From assembly GCA_951406725.2 (NCBI GenBank), contig OX597814.1:45136001-45200000 (forward strand): 64,000 bases of DNA, read 5' to 3'. Shown piece after piece: positions 14,201-27,274 of the stretch (position 1 is its first letter; each line of letters begins with the position of its first letter). Under the pieces are notes generated by a model, which saw nothing but the letters and a program-made list of their open reading frames with translations, had not been told where the DNA came from and did not search any database. The stretch is from Octopus vulgaris. Lineage: Eukaryota. Both the position numbers and the translations under genes were made by a program.

Positions 14201-14580
14201 GGAAGCACTCCGTCGGTTACGACGACGAGGGTTCCGGTTGATCCGATCAACGGAACAGCCTGCTCGTGAAATTAACGTGTAAGTGGCTGAGCACTCCACA
14301 GACACGTGTACCCTTAACGCAATTCTCGGGGATATTCAGCGTGACACAGAGAGTGACAAGGCCGGCCCTTTGAAATACAGGTACAACAGAAACAGGAAGT
14401 AAGAGTGAGAGAAAGTTGTGGTGAAAGAGTACAGCAGGGATCACCACCATCCCTGCCGGAGCCTCGTGGAGCTTTAGGTGTTTTCGCTCAATAAACACTC
14501 ACAACGCCCGGTCTGGGAATCGAAACCGCGATCCTACGACCGCGAGTCCGCTACCCTAACCACTGGGCCATTGCGCCTCC
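14201..14580 (-). mobile_element. Full-length tRNA-derived SINE (family B) with 15-bp target-site duplication
   Basis: Minus strand begins GGAGGCGCAATGGCCCAGTGGTTAG (A box) and contains GGTTTCGATTCCC (B box). Flanks agagaacaaatgtaa (14186-14200) and agagaacaattgtaa (14581-14595). Confidence 0.9.
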
Positions 14581-15154
14581 AGAGAACAATTGTAATCTGC
14601 GCTCGACCTACACGTCCTTCTCTCCAATTTTTTTGTGTCGATCTTGTCGATGACTACACTAAAATGCTACACCGACATGCAATGATGAGTTTTATGGAGT
14701 GCGACTTGGCAGTTTGGACAAATTGTGCTATCTTCGCTGCCCAGTCTATTCTTGTAGACTGGACAGCTTGGTCAGAGCACAACAATTACTGCTCTCCACA
14801 CTTGTTAGAGACGGCAACCCAGCACGAAATTAGTGTCCAGTGAAAACGTGCATAAATGTTCTTTATACTTTCCTGGGCTTAGTAGAAGTGGTATTGTTTG
14901 AAGAATGCTGTTGCAATAATGTTTAGAATTGTATGCATGTTCCAGCATATTTAGATATGTTTTGTTTTCTTTATCTTTCTATAGAGTAGGACTGTTGGGG
15001 TTGAAAGATCCTGTGGAAACAAACTTTATGCTCACATGTTCAGGTATGTGGGTGCGTTCGGTATACAACTGTTATGATATGAAAAACATTGTTTTCTGCT
15101 TTTGTAGTTTATTGTATTAGTCGTAGTGAGAGGAATCGAAAACCTAGACAGGAA

Positions 15155-16051
15155 TACGATGGAAGAGTATCCAAAAGTAAGCGGAAACGTTCTCAGTGGG
15201 TCAAGCCCGTTGTAGTTCGGGATTCCACCGCTAGAAGCCACTAGATGCAACTCTCGGGAATCAGTCTGCCCGCCAGTGTTATCGGGTGAAGTCGTACTGC
15301 AACGTGGTGCGTCGTTGTTTTGTAAAGCTTCTTCCCTGTTCGTCGATGGTTTTTGTGATAGCTGAAACGAAGAAACAGCGTGCTTCCGTGAAATTCTGTT
15401 TTCTTCTGGAGAAAACGGCGGCCGAAACAGTTGTCATGCTCCAAACAGCTTCCAAAGTCGTTGCCATGAGCAAAACACAAATTTACGAGTGGTTGTTCAC
15501 GCTTTAGGAATGGTCACTTGTCACTTGAGGAATAACCCCGTTCAGGGCGACGGTCGACCTCCCGAACTAATGAAAACATCATGAAAATTCATGAACTGAA
15601 CTTGGAGGACCGTCACCGAACTTGTTATGACTGGTGTGTTCTGGAGCCCCTGCCAACGAATTTTGAGCGAGGAATTGCGAATGAAAAGAGTTGCAACAAA
15701 ATGTGTGTCTCGCTTGCTCATGAAAGATCAAAAGCAGTCACAGATGTGTCGTGAACTGAAAGAACAGTTTGGAAGTTGATTCGGACCTTTTTTCGAAGAT
15801 CATCACTGGTGGTGAAAGCTGGTACTACGGAATTTGCAGATATGGAAGAGGTGAAGAAAAAACAACGGAGGCGTTAAAAGGCATCACTTCGCAAGAGTTC
15901 CAGCACTACTTCGAACAATGGGAAATGCATCTGGACCGATGCATTGCTTCAAATGGAGAATGCTCTGAGGGCAATAAAAGTGTAAACATGTAAAATTAAG
16001 TGAATAAAATAACATTGCAAAATTCCAGTTTCTTCTTGGTACCCCCTAGTA
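15155..16051 (+). mobile_element. Internally deleted mariner transposon (defective transposase)
   Basis: KQRASVKFCFLLEKTAAETVVMLQTA...SKTQIYEW HTH region; PRSGR; IITGGESWYYG (first catalytic D motif, mutated) joined directly to the C-terminal FQHYFEQW..LDRCIASNGE. Imperfect TIRs TAcga..gagtatccaaaagtaagcggaa and ttccagtttcttcttggtaccccctagTA. Confidence 0.88.
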
Positions 16052-16456
16052 AATAGTCCATGCTGGATCTAATTTATTGTTTGTACAATTTTATTGTTAT
16101 TTCTTTTTTGTTGACCAAATGTGGTACCTGTAAATATTCCGAGTGTGCCCACGTGTAGTCTTTTCTACACCGTCTCCTGTGTTATGTTGTGAATTTCATG
16201 AATGAGCACATTGCTCGTATGAAATGTGATAGGTGATTATATTCGAGGTTCTCTGATATTAATGTTTAGAAGGGAAACCGATTATTTGTTAGAAACTACT
16301 TTGAGTCTGTTGAGGCAGAGCCAGGTTTCTCCTTGATTCCAAAATTATTCGAGTTGTTATGCTGGGGTATCTGTATGGGGCTGACAGCACATTTTGCGAA
16401 GATGTATGTAGATTGTATAGATAACGATTATATAAAGAGCTGAGAACAACATCCCC

Positions 16457-16580
16457 GTGGTACTCTGTTCAGGAAATCACAGTTTCTAGAAGTGGTTATA
16501 ATACACTACAAAACACTTAAGTGGTACTCTGTTCAGGAAATCGCAGTTTCTAGAAGTGTTGTTATAATACAATACAAAAC
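16457..16580. repeat. 64-bp tandem duplication inside the LINE RT region
   Basis: gtggtactctgttcaggaaatc(a/g)cagtttctagaagtg... at 16457 and 16521. Confidence 0.85.
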
Positions 16581-18127
16581 GTGTTTTGTTTTGCTCCTTG
16601 AGATGGTGTTCAGTGAAGAATGGAATCGATAGCATTGTCAATGTCGATGCTTACTTAGAGAGGTATGTGTTGAATTTTTGTTTTTAGTGAAGTCTTTATG
16701 AATACTTTATGATAGTTTGTGAGTAGTGTATTGGTTGTGTACAGTAGTCTGAATTCATCTTGTCACCTGGAGAGAGGAATTTATTTGATCATGATGCCAG
16801 GAATTAGCCTTTCTAGAATATCTGAGGGTGTTCCTAAGAACATAATAGACCTGTATAATTTTACTCCAGATGGGGTTTGGTTGAGCTTTAGATTTATTAT
16901 AATTTTGCCCATCATTCACAGTCAGGGGATTTGGCAATGTTGGTGCCACTGGTTTTAGATGTTGGTAAGTGATAGGATTTTGTCAGACCCTAAAGTTGTC
17001 TTAGAAAATTTGGGATTCCACCTTGACTTAAAGCTTTTGACTTTTTTATATGTCCCTGTTGCATTTTTCGTGCTTGATAGAAGGAATGGGAGAAATCATG
17101 GAATAGGCGACAGGTTAGTATTTTTCATTTAAATATTCTTGTCTCCGTATAGCTTTTTGTTGGTCGATTTCCAAGAAACGTGGGTGTTAGCTTGCTGTTG
17201 CAGTGAAGGTATATTACTTGAGTTTGATGGTATGGCACGGAGAGTGGAGTGACTGGCTGTTGTCGTTATTGTTGATGATGCTAATTATTATAAATAGTAC
17301 TTGCTGTGAGTTTTGTAATTTCAGTGATACAACTGATTGCCAGATTTCTCTTTTTCTATGAATCGTTCTGTTTATTACTTCCATTTTAGTTGTTTGATGT
17401 AGAGTTTTATTTCCATTATGAGTGTTTGTATTTGGTGTATTGTATTTGAGGTTATCTCTAGTTTCATGAGGTTGGAATTGGCTTGTGTTCTTATGTAGCT
17501 TTGCAGAATACGTTGATACTATTTTTTTACGTATCTATAATTACTTCATCGTATGCATTACAGTGCCTATGGCGGGGATTCTGATAAATCTTCGTTCTGT
17601 TTCTTGATGGAACCTGTATGTTCCATGTTCACCTGTGAAGTTTGAAGACATTTTCCCTTCCTTTTTTTTTACTTTTGCTTTCCACGTTGATGTATGATTG
17701 TACTATGATGAAAATAGGTCGAAGATCAGGAAAAGGTTGGGCAATAGTTTCCAGTTTGTTCAGGTAACTAGGCGTACAGAGAAATAGGTGTTGTATGGGA
17801 AAGTGCTGCAGTTATCTCAGTAATGTACACGTGTGTGTCAGTGTGAGTCACTTACGATATAGATCAATTCCGCCGATGCTATGTCATGTTAAGAACATTG
17901 AAATCTTCCCCAACAATGGTATCATATTTCTGGCTTTTGTTTCTGCTGTTTCATCATTCTTTATTAGTCCTTGTATTTCATTTGTGATATCTATATATTA
18001 ACTGCAAGGTTATATGTAAACTATAAGACCTCCGTCGGAAAAGGCTGTCTAAGCCCTTTGTTATATACTTTAGAATGAAGGTTGTGTTGGTCGGTAGTTT
18101 TAAGAGTTTTTGTTCAAATATTCTTAT

Positions 18128-18603
18128 TCTTTTACTCTTTTATTTATTTCAGCCATTTGACTGCGGACCTGCCTTAAAGGGTTTCAGTCGAAGAAATTGA
18201 CTCCAGGACTTATTCTTTTTAAGCCTGATACTTATTCTATCGATATCTTTTGTCGAAACGCTAAGTTATGGGAACGTAAACACATCAACGCAGTTGTCAA
18301 GCGATGGTGGGGGAGGGACAAACACAGACACAAAAGACTCACACTCATAGGTATATACATTTATATATATGCATACATATATATTATATATATTGTGTGT
18401 ATGTATATATATATATATATATATATACATATATATACACGTCAGATTTCTTTTAGTTTCCGTCTACCAAATCCACTCACAAGGCTTTGGTCGGCCCGAG
18501 GCTATAGTAGAAGACACTTGCCCAATGTGCCACACTGTGTGGCTGAAGCTGGAACCATGTAGTTGGGAAGCAAGCTTCTTACCACACAGCCACGTCTGCG
18601 CCT
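18128..18603 (-). mobile_element. tRNA-derived SINE family A (CORE-like segment, internal TA/CA microsatellite)
   Basis: Minus strand starts AGGCGCAGACGTGGCTGTGTGGTAAG; ttgggcaagtgtcttct segment; internal (TA)n; conserved tail ending in (TTTTACTC)-type repeats on the + strand. Confidence 0.85.
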
Positions 18604-18812
18604 GTTGCACAATTTTTAGATTCTTTTCCCCACCACATTTCTTAAATACATTTGTTTATGTGTTTAGAACTTAGAGCAGGTGTTTTGGAATTCTGTTTGT
18701 ACGAACCTGTGATGTTGAGAAAAGAGACAACAGCATTTCCTTTTCTTTTCGATTTGATGACGTTGCTGTCATTGCCTTTTATGCTGCAACTTTGCGCATT
18801 TTGTAAATTATA

Positions 18813-19232
18813 TTACTCTTTTACTCTTTTACTCTTTTACTTGTTTCAGTCATTTGACTGCGGCCATGCTGGAGCACCGCCTTTAGTCGAGCAAATCGAC
18901 CCCGGGACTTATTCTTTGTAAGCCCAGTACTTATTCTATCGGTCTCTTTTGCCGAACCACTAAGTTACGGAGACGTAAACACACCAGCATCGGTTGTCAA
19001 GCAATGCTAGGGGGACAAACACAGACAAACAAACACACACATACATATATATATATATACATATATACGACAGGCTTCTTTCAGTTTCCGTCTACCAAAT
19101 CCACTCACAAGGCATTGGTTAGCCCGGGGCTATAGCAGAAGACACTTTGCCCAAGATGCCACGCAGTGGGACTGAACCCGGAACCATGTGGTTGGTTAGC
19201 AAGCTACTTACCACACAGCCACTCCTGCGCCT
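18813..19232 (-). mobile_element. tRNA-derived SINE family A, near-intact copy
   Basis: Head AGGCGCAGGAGTGGCTGTGTGGTAAG...GGGTTCAGTCCC (A/B-box-like); internal (CA)(TA) tract; tail ...GGCCGCAGTCAAATGACTGAAACAAGTAAAAGAGTAAAAGAG. Confidence 0.9.
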
Positions 19233-21141
19233 ATATGTAGATGCTTTTTGGTGGTTTTGTGTCAGGATTTTCAAGAATATGGAAAAATCCTGCTTAAGAA
19301 CGTACATTAGGACTTGTAACATATTAAGGTGTTGCTTTTATCTTTCTAAGATACCCACACATACTGAGATAGAATCATTTTGTGAACCCAAATTTCACTC
19401 TTCATCAGATACTCTTATCCTGACGATTTTCTCTTCTCTCCGGGTATATTATATCCAATATAAGTTTATTTTAAATGTTTACCAATTCTGAAGACTTTGG
19501 AGGTTACATTTAAGGAATATGGGGCTGTAATTCTTTGCAGATCCAACGATCGCGTAGACGCTCTTCGTTAGGTCATACGGAGCAAGGTAGTAAGGCAGAA
19601 AGTTAAGAAGGCAACAAAGTATACAACTCAGCAGTTTGATAGAAATTCAGGAAGCATAAATTAAGTAGAGAAGTGCGTGGTAGGTGTGTAGTTTTAGTTG
19701 GCTACATGGATGTTGGAAAATATATGCATATAAGATGTTGGAAAATATATGCATATAAGACTGTAAATATAACCTGTAAAGCAGATTATTGATGTAATAG
19801 TAGATAGTTTAGAAATTTCTACTTAATCAGTAAGAATTTCTACAGCTTCTTATTATTTCTTCGGCACCTTCATCTAAACACAGCTTATATTTAGAACTAA
19901 GCTTTTACGAGATATCTTTCAGAGAAGATACACAAATTCTCTTATTCATATCTTGTGAATTGTAGGTAGTTGAATAAATGGAATGTTGAACTTTTGGTGT
20001 AAGCATTGACCGTTCATATCACGCAAGACTATTCCTTGGCTTTTACATACAAATAATATGTTTAAACGAAATTCTTGATGATCATAATTTTCTCATAGAT
20101 AATATCAACGCTAAAGAAATCCTGTCAACAAGAAACCGAAGTCTGACCTTTCTCTGTAGTCGCAGAGAACTAACTACTATACAATCTCCTTGCTATTTAT
20201 ATATAAAAGCTGAAAACTATTTACTTAGTTCTACATGTCGTTTACAGGTATCACTTTTATATAGAACAGTTGTATACAGATACCATATATATTATATGTT
20301 CGCGTGTGTGTATTCATATATATTTACATACATGTGTATATGTGCGTGCGTGTGTGCGCACGTATGTGTGCATGTGTGTAAGTATGTGTGTATGCATGCA
20401 TGTATGTATACTTGAAATGAGAAGCCTTAAACGTATCAAGTAATATTCCATACCGGTTAAATTCTCATTATTTTAATTTCACTGTAAAATTCAAATTTCC
20501 AATTACGCTATATTTTGCCTTTTTTTTTCATAAACATAATTTTATGATAGAAAGAAGCTATAACTGTGAACAAATGAAAAGATTTTCAAATGTGATGGTT
20601 TATCTTAATTGGAGTTGATTCATGGTGTTGTATGAACAGTTGATGACGCAAACAATACATAACGTTAGATGATGGTTAATGGGTGATTTAGAGATATAAA
20701 TCAATATATGGTTCCCTTTCTGCCTTAAGATTATACAGTTGAAATAGAGCTACCTCGTAAGCATAATTTACAAAACAAAATTTAAACTCAATATCACAAG
20801 GTAACAAAACGCAACTGTGTTTTTAGGATCCCTTAAGTTACATCAGTGAACTGTACCTTCCTACAGTGTCGGGTGACATGTAGTAGGACTCATATAAATA
20901 ATCAATTCTTCTACCAACAACCTAATATTTCATTTATTCGAGCACAAGATGTGAACGAGTGATTTAATATTTTTAAATAGCCTTCAGATGTCTATACAGC
21001 ATATGAAAATTTGCAATGTGTAATTAATAGTATGGAATGTATGAGGAATAAGTCCTCTTCCTTCTTACTATAACAATGGTCTCAAGCACATATCTCAGGT
21101 GATTAGTTACTTATTACCGATAGCTAGGTAACTCGAGATTA

Positions 21142-21541
21142 AGGCGGCGAGCTGGCAGAAATGTTAGCACGCCGGGCAAAATGCGTTGCCGTATTTCGTC
21201 TGCCGTTACGTTCTGAGTTCAAATTCCGCCGAGGTTGACTTTGCCTTTTATCCTTTGGGGGTCGATTAAATAAATACCAGTTACGCACTGGAGTCGATAT
21301 AATCGACTTAATCCTTTTGTCTGTCGTTGTTTGTCCTCACTGTGTTTAGCCCCTTGTGGGTAGTAAAGAAATAGGTATTTCGTCTGTCTCTACGTTCTGA
21401 GTTCAAATTCCGCCGATGTCGACTTTGCCTTTCATCCTTTCGGGGTCGATTAAATAATTGCCAGTTACGCACTAGGGTCGATATAATCGACTTAATCCGT
21501 TTGTCCTCTCTGTGTTTAGCCCCTTGTGGGTAGTAAAGAAA
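21142..21541 (+). mobile_element. SINE family D (Nin/Deu-like central domain), head-to-tail partial dimer with TSD
   Basis: ggcggcgagctggcagaa...gagttcaaattcc (B box)...gactttgcctttcatcctttcggggtcgat...; the second unit from about 21373 lacks the 5' end. taggtaactcga flanks both sides (21125-21136 and 21542-21553). Confidence 0.88.
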
Positions 21542-22261
21542 TAGGTAACTCGAAATGCGTTAAAATAGTGTTTTCAACCATGAAATACAATGAAATGTTG
21601 AAAACGTATTTTCAAAATGAAATATTACGAGTTGATAGTTGTGCTCCATATCTAAACTTTCCCCGGCCGAATTTCCAAGAAAGATTGTTAAGCGTTCCAC
21701 AAGAAATTGGAAGAAATAGGTTATGGGTATGCAAATGTATTTGATTCATTTGCATAGGAGTATATAATAAAATTCGTAACGCTTTTATACATGCATCGCA
21801 TATTCTCAAAGACGTAAATCCTGACATATCGTAGTTAGTACGAAGACCCTACCTGAGGAAATAGCAAATTTTAAAAAGATATTTTTATAATTTGATTAAT
21901 CATATTTTATTTATCATATCTTATTCATTTACCTTCATCGTGTCTGCTGGGCAGTAGACGTCATAAAAGCGATATTCCCTAAACATCTAAATTGCTTTTT
22001 TTACATAAACTATTATATATGAAAGATATTTACATGTCAATGAATATTGTACACCATGAAAGTATACGAAAATACTAATAGGAATTGCAAGAAAATAAAG
22101 GTAAACGTAAGTGATGGATTTTACTCAGTATTTTTGCAAGGTTACATATGTTCATGTGTAGCTTTTTCGGAAATCATCACATACTGTGGATCATGTACAC
22201 AACACCCACTCCGATTGCGACACAAGTCACGAACCTCATCTGTGGAAAAATTACTTTTGAT

Positions 22262-22501
22262 AATTGCAATGTTATTATCAGTCCGAATATGTTTGATGCA
22301 CGTTCGAACTGGGGAACAAGCTACTCACTGCGCTTTGTCATGGAGACTATATCTCGCTTGTTGACAAATAGTGTGTATACATCTAGATCAGCTCGCTGCG
22401 TCACCTACCTATATTGTGAGAATCTAACATTTCGGAGTAGTTATCTCCCCCCAGTTCGAACGTGCTTCAAGCATATTCGGACTGATAATAACATTACAAT
22501 T
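22262..22501. mobile_element. MITE/foldback element with about 65-bp terminal inverted repeats
   Basis: 22262-22326 (aattgcaatgttattatcagtccgaatatgtttgatgcacgttcgaactgggg...ctactc) is the reverse complement of 22435-22501 with few mismatches; spacer about 110 bp. Confidence 0.8.
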
Positions 22502-22559
22502 TTAGTTATCATTGCTTAGCGCTCCCACTCCGTAACTTTTGATAAATATAATTGAAAAA

Positions 22560-23750
22560 GCATTCAATGACAAATCAGTCCAATGAAAAATAAAATACTG
22601 ATTATTTTTTTTTAAAAACTACTAACATCTCAATATGAAGAGGTTGCGGTTTTTTAAAGTGTCAGTGAAAATAAGTCACACAACTAGCGAGAGCCTAATA
22701 ACGCTGTTGTGTAAAATTATGGTGGGTGAAATGCTGGTTCAAGACGTTATACCAGAAATTGAAAATATCCCGCGCTGAAACAATAAAAACAATACAGCAA
22801 TACAAGTCGACGTATTAATAACAAGTCATGTGACAAATCACACAAAGCTTGAGAATTGGAAAACGTTTATGATGACGCTACAAAAATTGTCAACTTTAGT
22901 ACATAAGACCAGTTAACACCAGAATGTTTTAAAAGCTGTAGGTAGAAAAACCTGAACAAAAACCACATAATTTTCCTGCATCATACAAAAATCCAGCGAC
23001 TGAGTAGATTGCTTGTTCTAACGAAGGCTCTGGAATTGAAAATTACAGGAATACTTTCAAATAAACATTAAGCTAAATTTTACTAAGTGATTTCAAGACA
23101 AAAAAATTACTCTAGAAGCTAGCCTATTTTATAACTACATTTTACAACTACTGAATTAACTGCAGATCCCCACAGAAAAATGTTTTAACTTCTAGTGACA
23201 AGATTCTTGGATTTAGAAGAAGACTAAAACTTCGGGAAAAATTATATTGCACAAAAAAACATTGAAATATTTTAACTACTACTGGGGTTTAAGGATAAAG
23301 AAGGAAGTCAGAAATTTCAAGTCAGACTGAAATGTCCGGAAGAACCTTTCATAAAAATTAAACATTATTTCCTCCCTTCCTTTCTTCATAATTGTATGAC
23401 TAGGTGAGAGATCTATACTCTGAATCGTCTGCTCTTGTTGAGAATCTTTAAGAGAGAATTTTGCGTGATGTTGTCTGATTGTACATGCTAGATTAGATTT
23501 ATTGGCCTATTCCTGAATAAGTTTCGTTTTATGAGAAAGAAGAGTATCCTGCCATTCATAGGAATACAATTAATGTATTGCTGAAAATTTTCAACTTTTC
23601 ACATGTTTGAGCAAGAATTTATTCAACACGTATCAAGAGATCATCTCTTTTGAACAGATGATGAAATCCGAGCATGTTTATCTAAAGTTGGACGGACTCT
23701 GAATTAAATATTTCATTAGCAAAATACAAGTTCAGATTTGTCCTTACAGA
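22560..23750 (+). mobile_element. Decayed hAT transposase, Buster/Charlie type
   Basis: Fragments HTTSESLITLLCKIMVGEMLVQDVIPEIENIP, ELENVYDDATKIVNF, HHTKIQRLSR (cf. HTEVRWLSRG), LAY, NVLTSSDKILGFRRRLKL, EYPAIHRNTINVLLK, DEIRACLSKV. A Charlie-like 3' terminus (aaaaaggttgggaaa) lies at about 24444-24458; a possible 5' end is near 21566. Confidence 0.8.
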
Positions 23751-23932
23751 AGTAAATTTCATTATCTAAGCAGGATTAAAAAATAGTAATGCCTTGTCAT
23801 ATGGCTTAAGTTTTTATTAAGCATTTACAACATTGTCAATTATATCATTAAGTTATTATAGTAATTATTATCTATTTTAGTTGTTTCTGAGTTATATAGG
23901 ATGTTGGTTATTTATATTTATGTTTGGGAATA

Positions 23933-24153
23933 AGGGCGGCAAGCTGGTAGAAACGTTAGCGCGCCGGGCGAAATGCTTAGCGGTATTTCGTCTGTCGTTA
24001 CGTTCTGAGTTCAAATTCCGCCGAGGTCGACTTTGCCTTTCATCCTTTCGGGGTCGATAAATAAAGTACCAGCTACGCACTGGGGTCGATGTAATCGACT
24101 TAATCCCTTTGTCTGTCCTTATTTGTCCCCTCTATGTGGGCAGTAAACAAATA
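23933..24153 (+). mobile_element. SINE family D, full-length, about 20-bp TSD
   Basis: Same head, B box and central domain as the 21142 copy; flanked by tatatttatgtttg(g/t)gaata at 23913-23932 and 24154-24173. Confidence 0.9.
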
Positions 24154-24984
24154 TATATTTATGTTTGTGAATATAGAGAAATTTAATACTTTTTCTCTTC
24201 TGCAAATGAAAACCTCTGTATGGGGTCCCTTGAATAAGCATTCTGACTTCTCTTGTTTTCCTTTTTGCGCTGTCAATAAACTTGAAAAAGAAAACAATTT
24301 TCTACTTAAACTAGCTATTAGTAAATTATATTGTTTGCTTTATAAAAATTAAGTTTATGTAAGAAAAAAAAGTTAATAAAAATATATAATTTTATATAGG
24401 GATTTTCTGAGATATGAGATTTGGTCTAAGGGATCACCAAGAGTAAAAAGGTTGGGAAATGTTACCATATCTTGCCGGCTATTTCCCCTGTACTGTATAA
24501 AGAGTTGTTCACGAAACGTTTTTGTGTGAAAACATGTATGAATGTGATGTTATGTATCAGTGTATCTATATATTTATGAGTGTACGTTTGTATTTGCAAT
24601 CGTGTATTTGTGTATAAGAGTGTGTATACATGTGTGCTTATGATGTTTTTTTGTATGTTTATGGATCTGAGTATGTGCACGTACACTTCGATTCTTCTAA
24701 GAAATATGCTGCAATTATGACGTTGCTGTACGTCAGGCGACTTATTGGCAACTTAGTTAATTGTTACATTATATATTGTTTAACTAACCTGGTATTTGTG
24801 CTACCACAGGCACCAAGCAACATGTTTTCTCAATTTGTTAAGCAAACACGGTGGAAAGTAGTTGAAATGAAACATCTCGCTAACTTACTCCTTACACATC
24901 CCCTATCTTCTCATATACGATGTCTACTTTCCATAACTGTCATTATCAACCGAAGGATGCTAATAACTGCGCGCATATATGTAA

Positions 24985-25510
<526 letters not shown>

Positions 25511-27196
25511 TGTTTGCGAGAGATACATATAAATGATTTTTTACTGAGGTATGACACGTTGGTCTAATGGTGGGAAATTGGCTTTGTGACAATAAGAGAA
25601 ATCAATATCCTCCATCTATGTAGAGCAGTATATAGATTATATAAGCTTATGAAATACTATATACTAATGATGTACAGTACATAAGCTAGCTCAAATATAT
25701 AGATAAATAGATTAAACTACAAATGTGTGAGATCGATATCCAGTGGGATTCACAATATTTGCTTTATGACAATATTTCCAACTCAGAAGTAACACTGCAA
25801 TTAAACGGTTGATTGCTTCTCTTAATGTATTTTTCGGATTTTTTTTTCTTCAGCCTAATCAGCCAATTCTATTTATTGAGATACAGACACGTATCTTTTT
25901 CCTGTTAAGCGTTTTTGCAATGTTTTTTTTTTTTGTTTTTTTTTTTCAGAAAGATTACTGTCAAGTAATTTTTAAGTGTTTGTGAATGCATGCGCTATAG
26001 TTATTGTCGTTTAAGCAAAAGCCCATTTCTGATCCAGCTCACACCAAACCATTTTGCCATTTTTTTTTAACCTAGTGCAGTCCGGACTACAGAAGCAAGT
26101 GTGTCTTTCTTATACGACAGTGGTGTGTTATTTCAGGCAGACTCACCTGCCATTTTCCGCAACTCTAGCGGCTTGCTATTTCCAGAAGCCCAAGCTTCAT
26201 CGAGTAATGAGGTGTACTGATATTCATAACGAATGAACGAATGAAGGGAAACAGAAAAAATAGAAAAATAAAGTAATTTTCATAATCATTTCTTTACCGT
26301 AACACAAAGGATACATAAGTTTGTAAGAGATAAGAGTAAACGGTATTTAATAACTGACTTCCCAATGATATTACCGGCCTCGGTAAACTGAACGGTTTTT
26401 AACGAGGAATTGAAACTGCATCCTTGCCCTGGAAAGCCGATTGCTTATCGAGAGATTTCATGTACTGAGATCTCGCCACGCTTGTCTTTTGTGTTTCATT
26501 TTCACTCTGTCGATCCTAGCAACAATAACTTATGACTGTTGACTCCGCAAAATGTTAGTGGTCCCGTTCTAAGGTATCGAAACTATCGCCATCTCTAGAT
26601 AGATAGCAAGGAGAGTAATTTTTCGCTAATTCCACATGTTATATGTTTACATTTATTTCATCTAATTTCTCCAGTTTATTATACAAATATACACTACCCT
26701 GTCTTCTTGCATATTGTATTTTTGTGTATAATGCTGTTATTTCCCTTTATTCTGTATTCATTATTCTCTCCTTTACTATCTTTCCTTCACTTCCATTTTT
26801 TTTTCTAAATCTTACCTTCTTTACGTCTAGCTTTACTTCTCTCTCCGAGGACACGTCAGTTTCTGCATCTACTATTTCTCACAGACTACTGTTCTAATAT
26901 CTAATTTGGCAATCACTTCGTTTTCCAGCGTTGCTTATGTCATGTTTTATTTTGATCATCAAAAAATAGTTTTTATTTGTCATCTCTGCCTCAATCGCTA
27001 AGATTTCACCATATATGTTTCGGAGAATTTTGTGTATTATTTCCACTACATCAATGCTTTGCTAATAGTTATTGACATCATAAGGGAAGGAGACGTGTCT
27101 TAAAGCTTCGAGACGGCAACGAGCCCTAGATAGACAGCTGGGGATTTAATCAGTCTTGTACATGTGTGTTTCCATCACCTGTGATTAATACCTTCC

Positions 27197-27273
<77 letters not shown>

Positions 27274-27274
<1 letters not shown>

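Larger units (their letters stand above)
14148..17940 (-). mobile_element. Decayed APE-RT LINE ORF2 (I-group/jockey-like), interrupted by a mariner and a SINE
   Basis: Minus-strand motifs in colinear order: TIVGEDFN (APE GDFN), LYRSIMFLGTPSDILERLI, QDEFRLLYTTNTLLTN, VSIDIDNAIDSI, NRVPRG(DV)VLSSLYNRYL, FTGTTFGQQK-EITIKLYKQ*IRSSMDY, then [mariner], NKLQK..ENNVFHIIT, and C-terminal knuckle YKNRLGSEDSTICPNCQVALHKTHHC. Many stops and frameshifts. Confidence 0.7.

Noticed and set aside
14500-14580. tRNA-like sequences (also 27455-27525, 50637-50705 and other SINE heads) as tRNA genes
   Set aside because: They have A/B boxes but no complete acceptor stem or cloverleaf, and most continue directly into SINE bodies.
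19709-19760. Short direct repeats (25 bp x2 here; 23 bp x2 at about 48359-48406) as CRISPR-like arrays
   Set aside because: Only two abutting copies, no spacers, eukaryotic context; these are ordinary slippage duplications.
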